Shown here: one piece after another, positions 34,723 through 53,474 of the stretch
Numbering within the stretch: position 1 is the first letter of the stretch
Layout of the letters: each line of letters begins with the position of its first letter
Source of the DNA: the human T2T-CHM13v2.0 reference genome, Homo sapiens
Assembly: GCA_009914755.4 (NCBI GenBank)
Contig: CP068257.2
Span: 41,344,001-41,408,000 of the forward strand
Length of the DNA stretch: 64,000 bases
Direction of reading: 5' to 3'
Translations under genes and position numbers: made by a program
The notes under the pieces: generated by a model
What the model was told of the DNA's origin: nothing
What the model saw: only the letters and a program-made list of their open reading frames with translations
The model's database searches: none

Positions 34723-35193
34723 GGCAGGCATGGTGGCTCACACCTGTAATCCCATCACTTTAGAAGGCCAAGGAGGGCAGATTGCTTGAGCTCAGGAGTT
34801 TGAGGCTAGCCTGGGCAACATGGCAAAACCCTGTCTCTACAAAAAATACAAAAGTAAACCGGGTGTGGTGGTGCATGCCTGTGGTTCCAGCTACTCCGGG
34901 GCTGAGGTGGGAGGGTTGCTTGAGTGAGGGAGGTCGAGGCTGCAGTGAGCCAGATGGTGCCATTGCACTCCAGCCTGGGCGACAGAGCCAGACCCTGTCT
35001 CAAAAAAAAAAAATAATAATAATAAGCGGACACAGTGTGCCTGTAATCCCAGCTACTCGGGTGGCTGAGGCAGGAGAATTGCTTGAAATCAGGTGGTGGT
35101 TGCAGTGAGCCGAGATCACACCACTGCACTCCAGCCCGGGTGACAGAGCAAGACTCCGTCATAAATGAATAAATAAATAAATAAATAATAAGT
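34723..35193 (+). mobile_element. Alu (34723-35025) followed by Alu right-arm fragment (35028-35193) with (AAAT)n tail
   Basis: GGGCAGGCATGGTGGCTCACACCTGTAATCCCATCACTTTAGAAGGCC...; ...CAGCCCGGGTGACAGAGCAAGACTCCGTCATAAATGAATAAATAAATAAATAAAT. Confidence 0.8.
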
Positions 35194-36107
35194 AACGATC
35201 CATTGTGGCTTCCTGGAAACATCCATGTTCACAGCTGGGGTCTGGTCAGTCTGCATAGTGGAGCACACTGCTAGGATGCATCCTTAGCAAGTGAAAAAAG
35301 TGAGGCTCAGAACTGTTTGTAGAGTATAGCCTTTTATCTAAGGAAGGCAGATGAAGACTGGCTTATGATAAAGGTGCTAACCCCCAGACTAGTAAAAATG
35401 GGGTTCCCTGTGGAGTAGGGAAGGGGCAGTGTTATAAGTTGGATTTCTGGCCATATCTGCTATAGTACTGATCATGGAACTCTAGGGGAGGAAAGATGTT
35501 TTCCTTCTACCCATCTTATGTTCATTGGCTGGGGCTCCTGGAACAGAAGACAGATTTACAAAAGAGAAAGGCACACAAATTTATGTAATATAAGTTTTAC
35601 ATGACATGGGAGCCTTTATAAGGAAATGACCCAAGGAAATGGTTAAACCTGAGTGGTTTTGTGTTAGGTTTGATGAGCAATGAAAAGCTATGGAGAACTA
35701 TGATAGGAGGAGTGTGAGCTAAACGCAATGAACTGGGGGAAACTTAGCAAGGTCTGTTCAGATTTCTCTCTGTATCCTTCTTTGGAGGTCAGCATGTTTC
35801 CTCCCCCCGTAGATACGGAGGGCACTTCTCACATGAGGGTCTTACCACCTGCTTTGGGTGAGGGTCAGAAAGTCCTTCCTAGGTTTCGTGACCTGCCTCA
35901 GGAGAGAAGGGTTGGGGAAGGTCAGAGAGATGTTCCTGCACAAGCTGCTTCTCAAATTCTTTCAGCTTCAAATATTCAGTGTGCCCAGGTGCCACATTTT
36001 GGGGTAGCATGTCCTGAACCTTGTCAAAACTATATGGATGTTTTAATATAGTTTTAAAATAAAATGAAGTCAAAAGTTGGGGGGAAGTAGTCTCTAAAAA
36101 TTGAAAG

Positions 36108-36245
36108 CAGCCGAGCACTGTGACTCACAGCTGTAACCCCAGCATTTCGTGAGGCCAAGGTGGGAGGATCGCTTGAAGCCAAGAGTTCGATACCAGCCTT
36201 GGAAACAGCCAGACCCCATCTCTACAAAAAAAGAAAAAAAAAAAA
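36108..36245 (+). mobile_element. free Alu monomer (FLAM/FRAM-like)
   Basis: GCAGCCGAGCACTGTGACTCACAGCTGTAACCCCAGCATTTCGTGAGGCCAAGGTGGGAGGATCGCTTGAAGCCAAGAGTTCGATACCAGCCTTGGAAACAGCCAGACCCCATCTCTACAAAAAAAG. Confidence 0.65.
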
Positions 36246-36348
36246 CCCTGAAAGCAAAACGAATAAAAATAACCAAACCACAAATTGAGTTGGTGGCTTA
36301 ACTATACAGAGAGGAGTTATTTCAAGTGACTTCAAAACAAATTGTATT

Positions 36349-36763
<415 letters not shown>

Positions 36764-37613
36764 TTAACTTATTTATTTATTTATGTACTTACTGACTTAC
36801 AGCTACTTTTTGAGATGGGATCTTGCTCTATCAGCCAAGCTGGATCATGCCACTGCACTCAGCTTCCAAACCTTTGCTCTTGCTGGAGATGCACTACTAC
36901 AAATAAGCCACAGGACATCACTTTCTTCAGACCCTGCAGAGCATGTTACACTCATGTGGCTTCGGAAGCTGCATTCTGGTCACAGCTGAGCGTCTTTCGT
37001 GGTGCTTGCCTCATGGGCCAGCTGCTTCATCAGCTCACCCTGTGTTTCCCATTTTGAATAATGCCGTAATTCATAGGTTGAATTGATGTAATTCACTGTT
37101 GCAGGCACCAGAGTTGTACAGATTGTTGACAAGTGTCCTGTCCTTGTGAGTTCGACCTTATCTTAGAAGCACAATTATTTTATCGTCAGAGGTCAGGCTG
37201 TGTAGAAGAAATAGCAGGGCTTTGGAGCTGGACAGATTGAAGTCACCCAACCTCTGGTACATCTGTGTCCTCAACAGGGAAACAAGGACAACTAACCTAT
37301 CTGCGTCTTCTAGAGTAGTCTGGTCACAGCTAGTGTGAACCCCCCGGTCACACTGTTAGTGGCAAAAAACCATTTTATTATGTGGACAAATTCTGTGGAC
37401 CAGGAATATGGAGAGGAAGTGGCCGTCTCTCCTCCAGGATGTCTGAGTCCTCAGCTGGGACGACTCAGCGGCTGGGGGTGACGTAATGACTGAGGAATGG
37501 TATCTTCTGGAGGCGCTTTCTGAAATCTGTCAGCTGGAACACGAGCTGGGGATACTGACCAGAGCACACGTGCAGACTCCACAGGACCTGGGCTTCTTCA
37601 CAGATTAGAGGAG

Positions 37614-37910
37614 GTCTTCACAGCACTGGGGGTTCCCTCACAGCACTGGGGGGTTCCCTCATAGCATTGGGGGCTTCCTCACAGCACTGGGGGGTTCTCT
37701 CACAGCACTGGGGGGCTTCCTCACAGCAATGGGGGCCTTCCTCACAGTATCGGGGGCTCCCTAATAGCATTGGGGGCTTCTTTGATATCATTGCGAGCTT
37801 CCTCACAGCACTGGGGGGCTTCCTCAGCACTGGGGGTCTCCTTTATGTCATTAGGGGGCTTTCTCATAGCAGTGTCAGGGGGGCGTTCCTCACAGCATGG
37901 GGCTTCCTGG
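37614..37910. repeat. minisatellite, about 13 tandem copies of a 20-22-bp unit (TCACAGCACTGGGGGGCTTCC)
   Basis: TCACAGCACTGGGGGTTCCC TCACAGCACTGGGGGGTTCCC TCATAGCATTGGGGGCTTCC TCACAGCACTGGGGGGTTCTC TCACAGCACTGGGGGGCTTCC TCACAGCAATGGGGGCCTTCC ... Confidence 0.85.
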
Positions 37911-38600
37911 TAGTCGGAGTGTCACTATGAACAAGATGGAAGCCTCCTTGCCTTTTCTAACCCAGCTCTGGAGTCGCACACCATCATTTCCACTGCATTC
38001 TCTTGTTCTCAAATGAGTCACTAGGTCAGCCTGGATTGCAGAGGAAGGGACAAAGACCTCGTGTCTCGATGGGAGAAATGCCATAGAGTTGGGGGATGCA
38101 CTGGCCTTGGCATGTAGTAGACACAGCTCTGTCTGCCCTCACTGCCCCTTTCCTCCCCTCACGAAGCTCCATTCTTCTCCTGACACTCAAAACGCTGACT
38201 GAACGAATGTCCGTCTCGCCTCCACAGGGCCTACATCAACAGGACTCGCGGGCCGAGCTTCCAGGCGCCTTGAGTGGCTGGGCCGGGCCTCCACGTTGCC
38301 CTGCTGCAGGGTTAGGTGGGAGCGAGACTGGCCCCACTCCTGTTGACTGTTCCACCAGCACCTTCAGTTTGTGGAAGTGGTTGTGTCCAAAGAGATTTTC
38401 GTAAAAACATCACAATTCTAAAACTTTTTTTTTTTTTTCACAATTCTAAAACTTTATGCATTTTTGGCATTTAAAAAGCCCTGGCAAGTCTACTGCCTTA
38501 TTTCTCCTGCTCCCTTGGCCTGTGGGTCTGTTCCTGTATGGTTACCCACTTTGTTTTTTTTTTTTTTTTGCTGTTACTGTGGCTTTGTAGTATATTTTAA

Positions 38601-39690
<1,090 letters not shown>

Positions 39691-40065
39691 CATATCTGCA
39701 TGATTTATAGATAATAACATTTACTGAGAAAACCAGTGGAATCTCCGTAAACTGTTAGAACCACAGGAGGATCCAGAACAGTTGCCAGATACAAGGTCAG
39801 TCTACACAAACCAGTGATACTTCTACCGGCAACCCACCAGAAAGTGTGACTGCTCTTGAGATGGTAACCAGAAAACCCATAAAGTGTTTAGGAATTAATC
39901 TAAGAAGACCTCCAGAAAGAAGACCATCAGACTTAATCCTGGATGAAGGCGTGGGTCTGATGAATGAAGAAGATCCCGTGCTCATGGAGGGGATGATCTG
40001 TTGTTATAATGATGTCTCTTTTCCCCACATGAGTCCATAAATACATTTAAAAAGTGTTATAAATT

Positions 40066-40362
40066 TGATCAAGCACGGTGGCTTATGCCTGTAATCCCAG
40101 CACTTTAGGAAGCTGAGGCAGGAGGAGCGCTTGAGCCCAGGAGTTTGAGGACAGCCTGGGCCGCATAGTGAGACACCGTCTCTGTAAAAAATACAAAAAT
40201 TAGCTGGGCTTGGTGACACATGCCCGTAGTCCTAGCTACTAAGGAGACTGAGGTGGGAGGATTGCTTGAGCCTGGGAAGTTGTGGCTACAGTGAGCCATG
40301 AATGTGCCACTGCATTCCAGCATGGGTGACAGAGTGAGACCCTGTCTCAGAATAAAATAAAT
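40066..40362 (+). mobile_element. Alu (old, AluJ-like)
   Basis: AAGCACGGTGGCTTATGCCTGTAATCCCAGCACTTTAGGAAGCTGAGGCAGGAGGAGCGCTTGAGCCCAGGAGTTTGAGGACAGCCTGGGC... Confidence 0.8.
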
Positions 40363-40835
40363 TGTTTCTTGACAGCAGAGACATTGTTTTGTTTGCTGCT
40401 CTATCCTCAGCACTTAGAACAGCCAGGCATAAAGAAGACATTCAGTAAGTATGTGTGGAATGAGTGAAGGGTTCGGTGAAGTGTGTAGAGTTGTATGCCC
40501 TACCTTCTCACCGGACAGTGACCTCAAACTCTTTCCCACTCTGCCTCGTGTGTTGTGATCGCACAACGGATGAGTGCAGTTGACTTCCCTGTTCCCTGTC
40601 GATGGATGGATAGGTTTGTTTCCAATTTTTGTTATTGTGAATAAAAAAAACCTTTAGCATCTAGGTTTTCTTGCTAAAAGTTTTTAATGCCCTTTAAAAT
40701 GAGGCTTTGACACAGAAAAGATTATTTAAGTTTATTTTTAAATGAACATTTATTAATGTAGAGAGTTACAGGCTTGGTTTTCCTCTATTTTATATAGAAG
40801 TTGCTAATTTTATTCTCTTTATAAAGTTTAGAAAA

Positions 40836-41122
40836 TTTTTTTTGAGGCAGAGTCTTGCTCTGTCACCCACGCTGGCGTGCAGTGGCCTGATCTCAGCTCA
40901 CCGCAACTTCCGCCTCTCTGGCTCAAGCCTTCCTCCCTCCTCAGCCCCCCAAGTAGCTGGGACTATAGGCACAACACCACACCCGGCTAATTTTTGTATT
41001 TTAATAGCAATGGGGTCTTACCATGTTGGCAAGGCTGGTCTCAAACTCCTGGCCCCAAGTGATCTGCCTGCCTCAGCCTCCCAAAGTGCTGGGATTACGT
41101 GTGTGAGCCACCATGCCCAGCC
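40836..41122 (-). mobile_element. Alu
   Basis: GAGGCAGAGTCTTGCTCTGTCACCCACGCTGGCGTGCAGTGGCCTGATCTCAGCTCACCGCAAC... Confidence 0.8.
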
Positions 41123-41185
41123 AAATTTAGTAAGTTTTAACTTTCACCTTTAAGACAGCCTTTGAACAACTTAAATTATCAGACC

Positions 41186-41188
41186 ATA

Positions 41189-41210
<22 letters not shown>
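41186..41210. repeat. (TA)n microsatellite abutting Alu poly-T
   Basis: ATATATATATATATATATATATATA then 33-nt poly-T. Confidence 0.85.
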
Positions 41211-41228
<18 letters not shown>

Positions 41229-41514
41229 TTTTTTGAGACGGAGTCTTGCTCTGTCACCCAGGCTGGAGTGCAGTGACACAATCTCAGCTCACTGCAGCCT
41301 CTGCCTCCCGGGTTGAAGCAGTTCTCCTGCCTCGGCCTCCCAAAGTGCTGGGATTACAGGCGTGAGCCATTGCACCCAGCCAATTTTTGTATTTTTAGTA
41401 GAGGCGGGGTTTCACCATGTTGGCCAGACTGGTCTTGAACTCCTGGCCTCAAGTGATCCACCCACATTGGCTTCCCAAAATGCTAGTATTACAGGCACGT
41501 GCCACTGTACCTGA
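41211..41514 (-). mobile_element. Alu (rearranged: left-arm complement joined directly to a right-arm terminus)
   Basis: GAGACGGAGTCTTGCTCTGTCACCCAGGCTGGAGTGCAGTGACACAATCTCAGCTCACTGCAGCC...CCTCGGCCTCCCAAAGTGCTGGGATTACAGGCGTGAGCCATTGCACCCAGCC AATTTTTGTATTTTTAGTAGAGGCGGGGTTTCACC... Confidence 0.7.
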
Positions 41515-41839
41515 CTGTTTTAACCAGTTTTGTTAGAGAGAAGGACTACCAATCTATACATTTTGAAATTCTGACTTTTCCCTCATATTATGAACATTTT
41601 GAAAGACAATCTGAGAGTAGAATCTTGATTATCTGCTACCTAGATTCAACAGTTATTGTTATCTGGACCCAATTTATTTATGTTTATATTTTTATTGATC
41701 CATTTGAAAGTAAGTTTTGGATATCATGGTCATACAACTAAACATTGAGCACGTACTTCTCAAAATGGTGATATTTATGCTGTGAGCTTATAGCTTTATC
41801 ACACCATCAAAATAACACTCAATCTCTAATAGTATATAA

Positions 41840-42261
<422 letters not shown>

Positions 42262-42439
42262 CGTTTACTTTTATTTTTGCCAGTTTCTTTATAGAGTGCC
42301 TCTCAGTTTGGGTTCCTGGGTGTGTCCTGAGGATTGGACTCACAGCTTGCATTTTAGGAAGGACTGCACAGAAGCCAGTAGAGTGTATCCTTTTCATTGC
42401 ATCATTGTTTTCCCTTTGTAATTAATAAGTGTCTTGAGC

Positions 42440-42735
42440 CTGGTGCTGTGGCACATGCCTGTAATCCCAGCGCTTTGGGAGGCGGAGGTAGGAGGACGGC
42501 TTGAGCCCAAGAGTTCAAGACCAGCCTGGGCAACAGAGTGAGACCCCTGTCTACAAAAAAATGCAAAAATTAGCCAGGTATGGTGGCATGTGCCTATAGT
42601 TCTAGCTACTCAAGAGACTGAAGTGTGAGGATTGCTTTAACCTGGGAGGTTGAGGCTGCAGTGAGCCAGAGTCTTGCCACTGCATTCCAGCCTGGGAATA
42701 GAGCAAGAACCCATCTCAAAAAAATAAAAAATGAA
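42440..42735 (+). mobile_element. Alu (AluJ-like)
   Basis: GAGCCTGGTGCTGTGGCACATGCCTGTAATCCCAGCGCTTTGGGAGGCGGAGGTAGGAGGACGGCTTGAGCCCAAGAGTTCAAGACCAGCCTGGGCAACAGAGTGAGACC. Confidence 0.8.
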
Positions 42736-42999
42736 ATGTATCTTGTGGCAGGTACTTTGAGATTATGTACATTTCCTGTTTCTCATACTTTCACAAACTA
42801 GTGTTAGCATCCATCAATGATTCCTGTCTGAAACGGCTTACTGTGGTGGTTGCCGAATGGTGATGTTTGAAAGCTGTCGTCATCCTCTACACGTTAGAGA
42901 ACTCTTGTATTTTAGAGCTTTTTCTGCTCCCCATCTATTCATATATGTATTTATATTTTTAAAGAAAAACTTATTCTGACCCTTATTAAAGATAGCAAG

Positions 43000-43258
43000 G
43001 CACTTAGTGCTTTGGGAGGCAAGGCAGGACGATAGCTTGAGGCCAGGAGCTTGAGACCAGCCTGGGCAACAAAGTGAAACCTCATGTCTACAGAAATTTT
43101 TAAAAATTAGCCAAGTGTGGTGGTGTGAGCCTGTAGTCCTAGCTCCGTGGGAGGCTGAGGCAGGAGGATCACTTGAGTCCAGGGGTTCGAGGCTGCATGA
43201 TTGCACCACTGTACTCCAGCCTAGGTGACAGAGCAAGACCTTGTCTCAGAAAAGCAAG
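43000..43258 (+). mobile_element. Alu, 5' truncated
   Basis: CACTTAGTGCTTTGGGAGGCAAGGCAGGACGATAGCTTGAGGCCAGGAGCTTGAGACCAGCC ... CCTAGGTGACAGAGCAAGACCTTGTCTCAGAAAAGC. Confidence 0.75.
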
Positions 43259-43756
43259 ACAAAGGGCAGGCTGTTCAGGATGATCATGATAGGTATAGGG
43301 ACTGCTGCAATGGGATTGTGTAGTGGGGGAGACCTAGGAGCAGGAGTGGGGGCCATGCACGGAAAATTTAACTAAGAGGAAACATCAGGGTGCAGGGGGT
43401 TCTGGCTGAACTGACCTAACAGGATTCTTGTGGAAGGCCGCTAGCATCACTCCTCTGGACCATAAACACTCGGGGAGTCCCAATCTCTCCTGAGCAGTGC
43501 ATTGGCGCCAGCTTTCCAGATGTGTGTGTAAGTCCATCATCCTTTAAGAAGTTTGCTTAGAAAGCCTAGATGCTGAGACTTAAAAATGGAGTCTCACCAT
43601 GGACAGTTCTCATAAAGAATTGTCTCCCAACAAAGTGGCTGACTGTGTTGTGGCTGTATTGTTACAGACCTTCTCAGATGTGTTTGCTGCAAGTTTTGTT
43701 TATTTGGAACTCTTTGGAAGCTAGCACAACTACATAGAAACCCATATAAGTTAGCC

Positions 43757-44289
<533 letters not shown>

Positions 44290-45055
44290 TGACTCATTTT
44301 CAACACTTCTCCACAGGACTAGTGCTATGCGTCAGCAGACGCTGCCTGTGTGGGGATGGAGGTTGGCTCAGACACAGTGCGTGGCCTCGGGAGCCTTACG
44401 TTCCAGCAACCACTTGACTAACAGTCATAAAAATTAAAATTGTAAAATATTTTGTCAACTGTGCATCAGCCAAACAAAAAAAATTAAAATTGCCTGAAGT
44501 GGAACAAGGAGATGTGGGATGAAGTCAAGCAAATTATGTGTCCAAAAATGTATAATGTCAGTGATTAGCTTCAGGAAGCATTTGTATTTAGTGCCTATTG
44601 ACATCAGAGACAGCGCTAGTAGTTGGGGATGCAGCAAGACGGGCCCCTGGCCCTTAAGGAACTTGTAGTCCAAATGAACAACTGAAGTACTGCGGGGCTG
44701 AGCAGAGGGTGCTGTGTGAGGGTCCAGCATGGACAAACTTAACCCCAGTGTGGGTGAGATTCATCAGGAAGGCTTTCTGGAGAAGGTGATGTGGGCGATG
44801 CATGTTCTCCACCTAGCCATGCCCAGAGGGAAGTGTGTCTGGGCAGAACTATCAGGCTGGGGAGGACTCAGGGGTGGGAGAGAACCTGGCATGCTGGGGA
44901 AGCTAAATGTGGCGATTGGTTTGTTTATACAACTTGGAGTGCGGAAGGGGGTCAGTAAGGGGATGCTGATGCCTGAGGGTGAGGGTTGGGCAGAGGCAAT
45001 TTTAAGCATGTGAGTCACATGATCAGATTTCCATTTTAGAAAGCTTGGAGAATGG

Positions 45056-45078
45056 GTCTACTCAGGTAGCTCACACCT
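45056..45078 (+). mobile_element. 5' 23 bp of a host Alu that was split by the THE1 insertion (the remainder is at 47667-47941)
   Basis: GTCTACTCAGGTAGCTCACACCT matches the Alu 5' end (GGCCGGGCGCGGTGGCTCACGCCT). A perfect 18-bp TSD AGAAAGCTTGGAGAATGG lies at 45038-45055 and 47942-47959. Confidence 0.7.
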
Positions 45079-47666
<2,588 letters not shown>

Positions 47667-47941
47667 CACCTGTAATCCAGCACTTTGGGAGGCTGAGGCA
47701 GGAGAATTGCTTGAGCCCAGGAATTCAAGACCAGCCTGAGCAATATAGCAAGACTTCATCTCTACAAAAAATTAAAAAGCCAGCATGGTGGTGTGGGCCT
47801 GTAGTTCCTGCTGTTTAGGGGGCTGTGGTGGGAGCATCTCTTGAGTTCAGGAAGTCGGGGCCCCAGTGAGCTATGATTGCAACATTGCAGTCCAGCCTAG
47901 GTGACAGAACAAGAACCTGTCTCTAAAAAAGGGAGAAAAAA
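47667..47941 (+). mobile_element. 3' 275 bp of the host Alu split by THE1
   Basis: CACCTGTAATCCAGCACTTTGGGAGGCTGAGGCAGGAGAATTGCTTGAGCCCAGGAATTCAAGACCAGCCTGAGCAATATAGCAAGACTTCATCTC ... AAAAAAGGGAGAAAAAAA. Confidence 0.8.
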
Positions 47942-48720
47942 AGAAAGCTTGGAGAATGGACTGGAAGAGGGAAGACTGGAGGCTCATACAACCAGGTAGG
48001 AGCCTCCTACCACCATTGAGGTGTGAGGTGATGGCGCTGAATTAGAGCCACTGCACTGGGGTGCAGGGGAGCAGATGGAAGTGAAATTGGAGGGAAAGCA
48101 GAGATTTGGAGGAGAGCCAGGTTATGGTCAAGGCGGAGTCCTGTTAGGAGAGGTTCAGTGACACGTTTGCAGATGTGTAGGGTCTCTGCAGAACAGTTGT
48201 CTTGGGGAAGAGTTCCTGAAGTGTTTTCCTCATATTTTAATTGCACATATTCCATTTCATGGGTGGCCGTTATCCGTTATACCAGGCTGCTGTTGAAAGC
48301 GGTTTCCAGCCTTTTCTGTTACCAGTGGCTCCCATGCCGTGTTGCAAGGGTGTACCTGTGTTGATAGGATTCCCCCGGGCTGTGAGATTGCTCAGTCACA
48401 GCCTTCTCCCTGCAGGCTCTCCTGCTCATTGGCAGCACCCTCAGCCCCACTCTTCCTTGGCACTCAGCCTCCTCTTCCTTGGCACTCAGCTGTCCTTGCC
48501 GTGGCTGGCACTCCCACATCCTTGGTCCTCCTTCTCCACGAGGCTTTGGGGGCACCACCTGGTTCTTTTGCTGTCCCATGGCAGTTCTTCATCCTGTGCT
48601 GTGTCCTCCTGTCTCCCTGAGCTCCAGACTGTCTTCTAGCACAGGCTGTTCTCTCTCTTCCTGAATGGTCTCATAAAGTCTTAAGGCTTTAAACACATTA
48701 AATATCTAAAAATAAAGTTG

Positions 48721-49045
48721 GCCGGGCTCAGTGGCTCATGGCTGTAATCCCAGCACTTTGGGAGGCTGAGGCGGGCGGATCACAAGGTCAGGAGATCGAG
48801 ACCGTCCTGGCTAACATGGTGAAACCCCGTCTCTACTGAAAAGACAAAAAATTAGCCGGACGTAGTCGCAGGCGCCTGTAGTCCCAGCTACTCGGGAGGC
48901 TGAGGCAGGAGAATGGTGTGAACCTGGGAGATGGAGCTTGCAAGTGAGCTGAGATCGCGCCACTGCACTCCAGCCTGGGTGACAGAGCAAGACTCCGTCT
49001 CAAATAAATAAATAAATAAATAAATAAATAAAAATAAAAATAAAG
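48721..49045 (+). mobile_element. AluY-like with (AAAT)n tail; TSD AAAATAAAGTT
   Basis: GGCCGGGCTCAGTGGCTCATGGCTGTAATCCCAGCACTTTGGGAGGCTGAGGCGGGCGGATCACAAGGTCAGGAGATCGAGACCGTCCTGGCTAACATGGTGAAACCCCGTCTC... Confidence 0.85.
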
Positions 49046-49069
49046 TTTTAGCCACCCACCCTGGCAGAT

Positions 49070-49200
49070 TTATTTTTAGTATTGTAGGCACAGGGTCTTG
49101 CTATGTTGCCCAGGCTGGTCTTGAACTCCTGAACTCAAGTGGTCCTTCCACATCAGCTCTCAGAGTGCTGGGATTACAGGCATGAACCGCCGTGTCCAGT
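49070..49200 (-). mobile_element. Alu right-arm fragment
   Basis: GTAGGCACAGGGTCTTGCTATGTTGCCCAGGCTGGTCTTGAACTCCTGAACTCAAGTGGTCC...GGGATTACAGGCATGAACCGCCGTGTCCAG. Confidence 0.7.
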
Positions 49201-49679
49201 TAGACGTATCTTTTTGGAGGACACAGTTACCCTCTACATGTACTAACTATACTTTGATGGTGGCCAAATCTGCGTTTCTAGGCCAGACTCCCTTGCTCAG
49301 AGTTTTAATGGGGGTGTCTGAGAAGCATCTCAAACTTAAAATGTCCCAACATGCCCTCCCCTCCCAGGCCACAGAAGCTGCTCCCATTGACTGTGGCCCC
49401 ACTCTTGTACCCATTGACCGTACCTCCTCTCTTGTACTCATTGACTGTGCCCCCCCCTTGTATCCACAACTTTGCCCCCTCCCTTTTACCCCATTGACTG
49501 TGCCTCCTGTGCCCTTTGACTGCACCCCCTTAGTGGCTCCAGAATGACGCTGTTGAGGGTGAGTCCCAGCTCAGCCTCTGGCCATCGTGGTGGCTGAGGC
49601 CACATTGCTCAGGCTTCTAAGGTGTAAGTGGCATCACAGCAGTGCCTCCCACGGATTTTGTGAGGGCAGATTGCACTAA

Positions 49680-50056
<377 letters not shown>

Positions 50057-50983
50057 CCTTGTTCCTTTGAACTGTCTCGCTCAGGACAGGACGGTAGTCC
50101 TTCTGCATCCTGCAAGACTTGGACAGGATTTCTTTCCATTTAACACTGTCTCCTAAAGTGCTGCTTTCCTTGGGGAACTTTGCTGTTCTTGCTAGTCCAG
50201 AACAAGTGGCACAACCGCCCTTGACCTCCACATGACCTTCTCAGGGCAGCCCAGACTCTAAATGTCTGTGACCTGCACCAGCAGCAGCAAGGCCATGCCG
50301 GCCGTGGTCCAGCCCGGCTGCTCTCCCCCACTCTGCAGTGTTTTTCCACACCCATGCTGCAGGTGCTGGTTGCGTTCCTGCTCCATCCTTCAGTGCGGAA
50401 GTGGCATTTTGCGGTTTTCTGTTGTCATGAAGCAAGTGCGCCACACTTGCCTGTCTTATGTGCGTGTGTATATGAGCATGCCCATCTCAGTCTCCCTGAG
50501 CGCCTCTTTTCCACCCGTCTCAGGCCTCTGTGTTAGCTGTTCCCTCTCTCTGAAACACCAAACTCCCTGATCTCAGCCTGTCTCTCCAGTCTCGACGTAA
50601 CAGCATCTTCCCAGCGAGGCCTGCTCTGACCACACGGCCCGGGAAAGCAGCCCAGGCCCCCTCTCACTTCACCCTGTGCCCATTCTTGACCCTGTGTATT
50701 GTGTCTCTCCCTTGCCTGGTTTGTGTCAGGAAGGCAGAGGCCCTGCCTGTCCTGCTCACTGCCGCACCCCAGGCCCAGCATGCTGCCTGGCATGGGCAGG
50801 CATTGACTTGATATTAGCTGGGCAATGAATGACAGTGACTGAAAATGTAATAGCAAGTCAGGGCCTAGCACAGGAAAATAAGTGATTGCTATGTAAGTGA
50901 AGGGTTGCTAAGTAGGATTTGGGTCATAACATACTGTTAAGGATAATTTTTTTGTTCTCTACATGTAAAAATATGTATTTTTA

Positions 50984-51425
<442 letters not shown>

Positions 51426-51476
51426 ATGATGGCTACACAGACATTAAGTATAGACAGCTATCAAGATGGGCAACAG
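51426..51476 (+). CDS. PKNOX1: PKNOX1 (PREP1) coding exon, aa 1-17 MMATQTLSIDSYQDGQQ; donor CAACAG|GTGAGC
   Basis: ATGATGGCTACACAGACATTAAGTATAGACAGCTATCAAGATGGGCAACAG. The N-terminus matches PKNOX1 as I recall it. The second ATG has a strong Kozak context. Confidence 0.85.
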
Positions 51477-53051
51477 GTGAGCTTGAACTTGATTCTGCAT
51501 TCTAATTACAAATCAACCTGGCACTCAAGCATGAACATTGCTTTGTATACTTGCAATTCAATTGCCATGAGGTTGCATGCTCAGTGTTAGTGTATTATGC
51601 ATTTATTGTACATTCGTGTTCAGAAAAAAAAGCCATAGAATAATACTATTTCGTTAACTGATACCAAGATTGCCAGGAATCTTGACTTCCCTAAGTCATA
51701 TGACAGTTTCTTGGGAATTTACCTTTTTAATGTCAGTGTTAATTAGCACTGTTACTTTGAAAGAAAACCCGGTTGATTTTCATGATGACAGATTCCCATG
51801 TTGACTGGTGGCTCTTCTGAGTGTCTAACTGGATCAGCTTTTGAATGGGAATCTTGTAGCCTCGTCTCCCCAGTTGTAGGCATGAGAGGGGCTGTCCCAG
51901 TAATGAATCTGCAGGGGCCCCAGTGCTCTATCTTTGTACCTTGCTCGTGCTTGGATGGTTGTGCCATACACAGGCAGCTCTCCATTGCCCTCCCACCATA
52001 GATGAGACTTTGTTCTCCTGGAAGCTGTGGTGTTTTGTGCTTTTGAGTATCTGAGTGTTTTGTGTTCTGTGACCTGAATGAATTGAGGAGCAGGTGGATC
52101 GAGACTTGGCTGAGGCCCTTGTGGTCTTTCTTGGCCTGCGATCTTGTTAAACACGGTGTTCTGAACCCACTGGCATTTGGCTCATCATCCCACTGACTCT
52201 GGAGCCAGTGAAGGGATTTGGCCCTGCCCTTTACTTTCCTGCCCAGCAGGCAGGGGCAGTGCAGTACACCCCCCTCGGCTCTCCTCCCCACCTCGAGGAC
52301 TTCGGTGGCAAGGATCAGGCTCCGGAAAACTCATTGGAGCCATGCTGGTGAGGTCTGAGGAGGGGTTAGGAGCTGAGGCGCTGGGTCCCCCTTTCCCTGG
52401 TGGTTAGTTTTACCAACCAGTCCTTGTTCAGTTCCTGTGGCAGAGATTTTTGTTGTTGGTGGTGGTGGTGTTAGTGTTTTTTTTTTCTCTGTATAGCAAT
52501 TAAAGGAGGGAGATTCTGTGATGTAGTCAGCCTGCTTCCTTAGCCTAGAAGTCCTTAGTCCTTTGGTATTTCCAATTGACTTTTTTTTTTTTTCTAAAAT
52601 GCAAATCTAATAATGTCCCGCCTGAGCTCTCCAGTGGCTCCCTGTGGATTCCTGTGGGTTTCATGCAAAGACTGAGCTGCTCTGTGGCCCGAATCGTCTG
52701 GCCCCTCTGGACCCCAGGACGCCCCCAACATCTCTGCCTGGCATATCTTGGGCACCTCTCTGCCTGCCCTGGAGCACCGGTCCTCACTGTTCCCATCACT
52801 CTTCTCCCTCCTGCCTGCCAGGTCTTTGCTCCGACCCCACTGCTGCCTCCTGTGCACCAAGGCACGGTGACCACCTCCAACACAGCCTGGTTGCTACCAG
52901 CCACCTCCTCCCAGGCAGCTGTGCCAGGTGCAGATGACACCTGGAGCACTGCCCTTTTCATACCCGAGTGTTTCCAAGGGCCTGGGAAGTGTTTAATCAG
53001 CATTATTTTAAATAAACATTGAAATATATCTACAGCGTAGACCTATCATAA

Positions 53052-53474
<423 letters not shown>

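Noticed and set aside
39846-40040. ORF containing KCLGINL, reminiscent of the L1 ORF2 motif KYLGINL
   Set aside because: The similarity is limited to five residues and the surrounding sequence does not match L1. It is probably coincidental or an extremely decayed repeat, and I cannot support a call.
51752-52291. 179-aa minus-strand ORF in PKNOX1 intron 2
   Set aside because: It is antisense to the host gene and has no conserved domain or splice signals that I can see. It is probably a chance ORF.
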